From an uncultured cyanobacterium (GTDB taxonomy: Bacteria > Cyanobacteriota > Cyanobacteriia > PCC-9006 > JAAUQQ01): DNA of 64,000 nt. Made by a program: the position numbers and the translations under genes. Below are positions 60,882 to 64,000 of the stretch, piece by piece. Under the pieces are notes generated by a model. That model saw only the letters and a program-made list of their open reading frames with translations. It searched no databases and had not been told where the DNA came from. The DNA lies in contig OY970368.1 in NCBI GenBank assembly GCA_963718615.1, positions 1,504,001 through 1,568,000 on the forward strand. The letters run 5' to 3'. Position 1 is the first letter of the stretch. Each line of letters begins with the position of its first letter.

Positions 60882-62111
60882 ATGGCCCCCCAGCAAGAAC
60901 GTCCCCCCGTCCAGCGTGAATCGAAAGAGCGCATCTTTCAAAAACATCCTCGAATTGCGCTGCTGATTGTCTTTAGCACCTTGCTATTGATTTCATTAAC
61001 CGTTATTGACTTGGTCTGCCAACTGCTGCTGAGTAATCACATCATTCGGGGACGTTCTTACGATTTACTGATTAACCTAAAAACCACAAAGCTCAACCCC
61101 AATGCCAAGTGTGACCAAAGCTTTTTGGATCCGCTTTTGGGGTATGCCCATAGCAATTGCGATCGCTTCAACATCGAACAAATTCCCAGCTTTGTCACCT
61201 ATGGTCCCGCCGAGGCTCCGTTGCGGGTTGTGACCCTCGGCGGCTCCACCACCGATCCCATTATTATGGGCGAAAAATCCGAAATTGGCCCGGACAACTG
61301 GCCCAAATTATTCAGCGAGTTGTGCACCCAAACAGGAACACCCTGTCGAGTCTTTAATGGAGGCTCCGGTGCCTTTACTTCTAGTCAGGAACTGCTCAAG
61401 TTGATCCGAGATGTGCGACCGCTTCAGCCCCAGGTGGTGATTTCGCTCAATGGGATTAACGAGCATTATTTTTTTGATCCACCTGCTGCCCAATATCCCT
61501 ATACTTCGACCTATCAGCAGTATTTTTTTCGGGCGATCGCCACCACGGGAGAAGTCGCCCGCTACAACGATGCCCGCCACCCTGAAAATGAGCGGTTTCG
61601 CGGTGGTTTATTGAATCGACTCATTCCGAATACTCGTCAGGTTTTCCTCAGCCTGCGCAACCAAACACTACCTTCAGAACAACCGACTGAATTTGTGGGG
61701 CCAGTGAACTTTGGCACAGCGTCAACGCTACCCCCCTGGGAAATTTGGGAAAACAATGTCCAAATGATGCATGCCATTAGTCAGCAGATGGGGGCAAAAT
61801 ACTATGTCTTTCTGCAACCGACTATGGGAATTGGTAACTATAACTATGACAATCCCCGAGATGCGGAAATGCGGGCCAAGAAAGACGAGAATTATTACGC
61901 CCAAATGAACCAGCTATACAACGAGATTCGGCCTCGCTGCGCGAAGTTAGATTATTGCTTTGATATGAGCAATGCCTTTGATGGCCAGTCAGAGCTTTAT
62001 CGCGATCCACGCCATCCCAATGGGAAGGGCAATCAAATTCAGGCAAAGGTGATTTTTCAGCGGGTTTTTGCTGGGCCTAGACCCACCGAATCTCAGCCTA
62101 AAACACCTTAG
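60882..62111 (+). CDS. Membrane-anchored SGNH/GDSL hydrolase
   Basis: LGGSTT, NGG, NGINE, FLQP and DPRHPNGKGN motifs. Confidence 0.87.
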   Translation: MAPQQERPPVQRESKERIFQKHPRIALLIVFSTLLLISLTVIDLVCQLLLSNHIIRGRSYDLLINLKTTKLNPNAKCDQSFLDPLLGYAHSNCDRFNIEQIPSFVTYGPAEAPLRVVTLGGSTTDPIIMGEKSEIGPDNWPKLFSELCTQTGTPCRVFNGGSGAFTSSQELLKLIRDVRPLQPQVVISLNGINEHYFFDPPAAQYPYTSTYQQYFFRAIATTGEVARYNDARHPENERFRGGLLNRLIPNTRQVFLSLRNQTLPSEQPTEFVGPVNFGTASTLPPWEIWENNVQMMHAISQQMGAKYYVFLQPTMGIGNYNYDNPRDAEMRAKKDENYYAQMNQLYNEIRPRCAKLDYCFDMSNAFDGQSELYRDPRHPNGKGNQIQAKVIFQRVFAGPRPTESQPKTP

Positions 62112-62159
62112 CTCTTCTTATCATCTGTCCCCTATTGTCACTTTTCCTAACCCCTTTCA

Positions 62160-62417
62160 CTAGCGCTGTTCAAACCGACTGTACCAAATCCAATTGGCTA
62201 GGATTTCGATCGCCAATAAAACAACCAGCGCAGCCATTCCTAGACCTGGATAATAGCCACTGCGGCTGAGGTTAGTCAGCCAGAGGGTCGTGCGATCGCT
62301 ATGTACCAAAACATTGGCCAAAAACGGAAACAGATACATCAGAACTGCACCAACCAACAGCCAGCCCACCATGGAAGCTAGCAAAAATAGAGTTTTCGCA
62401 GGAGATTGAGCGCCCAT
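62160..62417 (-). CDS. Small membrane hypothetical protein
   Basis: Two hydrophobic helices; co-oriented after cutA. Confidence 0.7.
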   Translation of the reverse strand: MGAQSPAKTLFLLASMVGWLLVGAVLMYLFPFLANVLVHSDRTTLWLTNLSRSGYYPGLGMAALVVLLAIEILANWIWYSRFEQR

Positions 62418-62447
62418 AAAATCAAGTAAATATTACTAATATTAAAC

Positions 62448-62795
62448 CTAGAGCCCCCCACTTTTGACCTGCTCACCCACCCAATTCAAATAGGCTGCGG
62501 AAGCATCCACAATGGGAATTGCAATCAGCTCAGGTAACTCGTAGGAATGGAGATTATCAAGCTGCGCTTTGACCTCTTCAAAGAGCGAAAGACGGGTTTT
62601 AATCATCAGTTGCCATTCAGGCTCTCGCTGAATTTCCCCCTGCCAGACGTAAACCGAATGAATGGGAAATAGATTCACACAGGCAGCCAGCTTAGCCTCG
62701 ACTAAAACCGTCGCTAAACGCTCAGCCTCTGCCTGTGAAGCAGCCGTGGTGAGCAAAACGACGAACTTAGATTGGCCGGGAAGAAAATCATTCAT
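62448..62795 (-). CDS. cutA: Divalent-cation tolerance protein CutA
   Basis: LAACVN...SVYVWQG...IKT...HSYELPELI. Confidence 0.93.
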   Translation of the reverse strand: MNDFLPGQSKFVVLLTTAASQAEAERLATVLVEAKLAACVNLFPIHSVYVWQGEIQREPEWQLMIKTRLSLFEEVKAQLDNLHSYELPELIAIPIVDASAAYLNWVGEQVKSGGL

Positions 62796-62819
62796 GCAAA
62801 CTGGGCTCAACGATAGGGT

Positions 62820-63464
62820 TTAAGGATTCGGCTCAAATTCTACGGTTTCATAACCCGCCTTATTGAGGATTTCTGCCACAATCACTTCTGCGTTGTGCTG
62901 AGCCGCCGTCAAGATTTTGGTCTCTTGGGCCTCTTGCTGAATGATGGTCAGCGCCTTTTGTTCCGCCAGGGTTTGCATTTCTGCATCTGCGCGGGGGGCT
63001 AAACCCTGGCGATAGTTCGCCAAAACATTGGAATGGGCGACATCCAGTCGAACTTCGTTGACCGTGGGGAGCGGTAGCCGGAGCTGAATGCGATGATTGA
63101 ACTCATCCACCGACAGCACTTCGATCGCCTGCAAATCCATCCCCGCGCGAATCGTGCCCACTCCCTCATAGACCAAATGGGTTTCCCCCAACGGCAGCCG
63201 CCAAAGCTGACGCGGTCGCTCCACTACCACCGTTGCTTTTCCCGAAGACATCACGGTCGTCAGTTCGCTGCTATTTTGCAATCCGCCTAGGATCAAATTC
63301 CGCACCTGAGCCGAAGTTTGCACCGCAGGCGTAGTAAACAGCGCCTGAAACCCCCAGATTAGCAGGAGCAACAGTACTGCTGTGGCGATCGCCCCCTTCA
63401 CAATCTGGGCAATCAGTTTTGCCGTAACCTGGGCAACGGGTTTAAGCACGTTGAGCATAGCCAT
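62820..63464 (-). CDS. DUF4230 domain protein
   Basis: TM helix, SELTT, GTIRAGMDL, LPLP and AQHNA motifs. Confidence 0.82.
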   Translation of the reverse strand: MAMLNVLKPVAQVTAKLIAQIVKGAIATAVLLLLLIWGFQALFTTPAVQTSAQVRNLILGGLQNSSELTTVMSSGKATVVVERPRQLWRLPLGETHLVYEGVGTIRAGMDLQAIEVLSVDEFNHRIQLRLPLPTVNEVRLDVAHSNVLANYRQGLAPRADAEMQTLAEQKALTIIQQEAQETKILTAAQHNAEVIVAEILNKAGYETVEFEPNP

Positions 63465-63544
63465 AGAAAAGCAGGGAGAATGAATGAAGAACGAACCAGC
63501 AAAGCAGGCTATCGAACCCTCTGATTGTACGTCAGGCTTCACGC

Positions 63545-64000
63545 CTAGGAAAACTTGACCTTATAGAGCCGAAACACATCGTTGCTAGATTCTTTGACGA
63601 TTTTTCCCCCCATGTGCTGAATCAAATCCCTCCAGACGGTCAGCTCATGGAGCATGACTTCGGCCCCCATGAAGGTTTCCAAAATCGACCAGTTTTCGGT
63701 GAGAGGGGCATCGGGATCCACAACATCAAAGACAAAGAAGCCCGCCGGTTTGAGCACTTTCTTCACCCCTGCCAAGACGATTTCCCAATAGCTGGGGTCG
63801 TAATAGCAACTGACGCCGGTGGCGATCGCCAAATCAAAAAACTGGGGCTTGTAGTCCAGCTCATGGGCCGGGGCCAGCCGAATTTCCTTGAATAGCTTGG
63901 AATTGAGCTGGGGACCGCGAGAGGCGATCGCCTCTCGCGCCACGGTACTAATCTCCTGCCCATGAAACAGCGCCTGCCAATCCCGCCAGGGATAGACCAA
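63545..64000 (-). CDS. Class I SAM-dependent methyltransferase, 3' part
   Basis: SRGPQLNSKLF, FDLAIATG and VLKPAGFFVFD motifs; 5' end lies outside the window. Confidence 0.85.
   Translation of the reverse strand: MVYPWRDWQALFHGQEISTVAREAIASRGPQLNSKLFKEIRLAPAHELDYKPQFFDLAIATGVSCYYDPSYWEIVLAGVKKVLKPAGFFVFDVVDPDAPLTENWSILETFMGAEVMLHELTVWRDLIQHMGGKIVKESSNDVFRLYKVKFS

Overview
Cyanobacterial chromosomal window, identified by psbA, abundant HIP1 GCGATCGC sites, crtD, TIGR02652 and pentapeptide-repeat genes. Positions 1-48.3 kb are mostly housekeeping: psbA (partial), aroF, a lone EF-G, ppk2, tyrA, crtD, ribBA, ftsQ-ftsZ-thiD, SRP RNA, panB and pepP. Positions 48.4-60.4 kb form a decayed accessory/defence island. 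It holds an NLR-like NACHT-HEAT gene split by an IS21 element and two PIN toxin-antitoxin pairs. It also holds three apparently identical IS3-family copies with 3-bp target duplications and an orphan copy of the NACHT gene's 3' end. The strongest unannotated signal is a candidate ribosome-mediated attenuator upstream of aroF. It comprises a promoter, a 17-aa leader peptide (MFSNKFYFFWFMEVHLE), a 13-bp antiterminator-like helix and an overlapping terminator, in front of a DAHP synthase that lacks the usual regulatory N-terminal domain. Other signals are a 24-bp perfect palindrome with repeats before an AT-rich AAA/DUF4143 gene, a candidate sRNA, a REP doublet and many short tandem duplications. 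All calls are by eye; no searches or folding were run.
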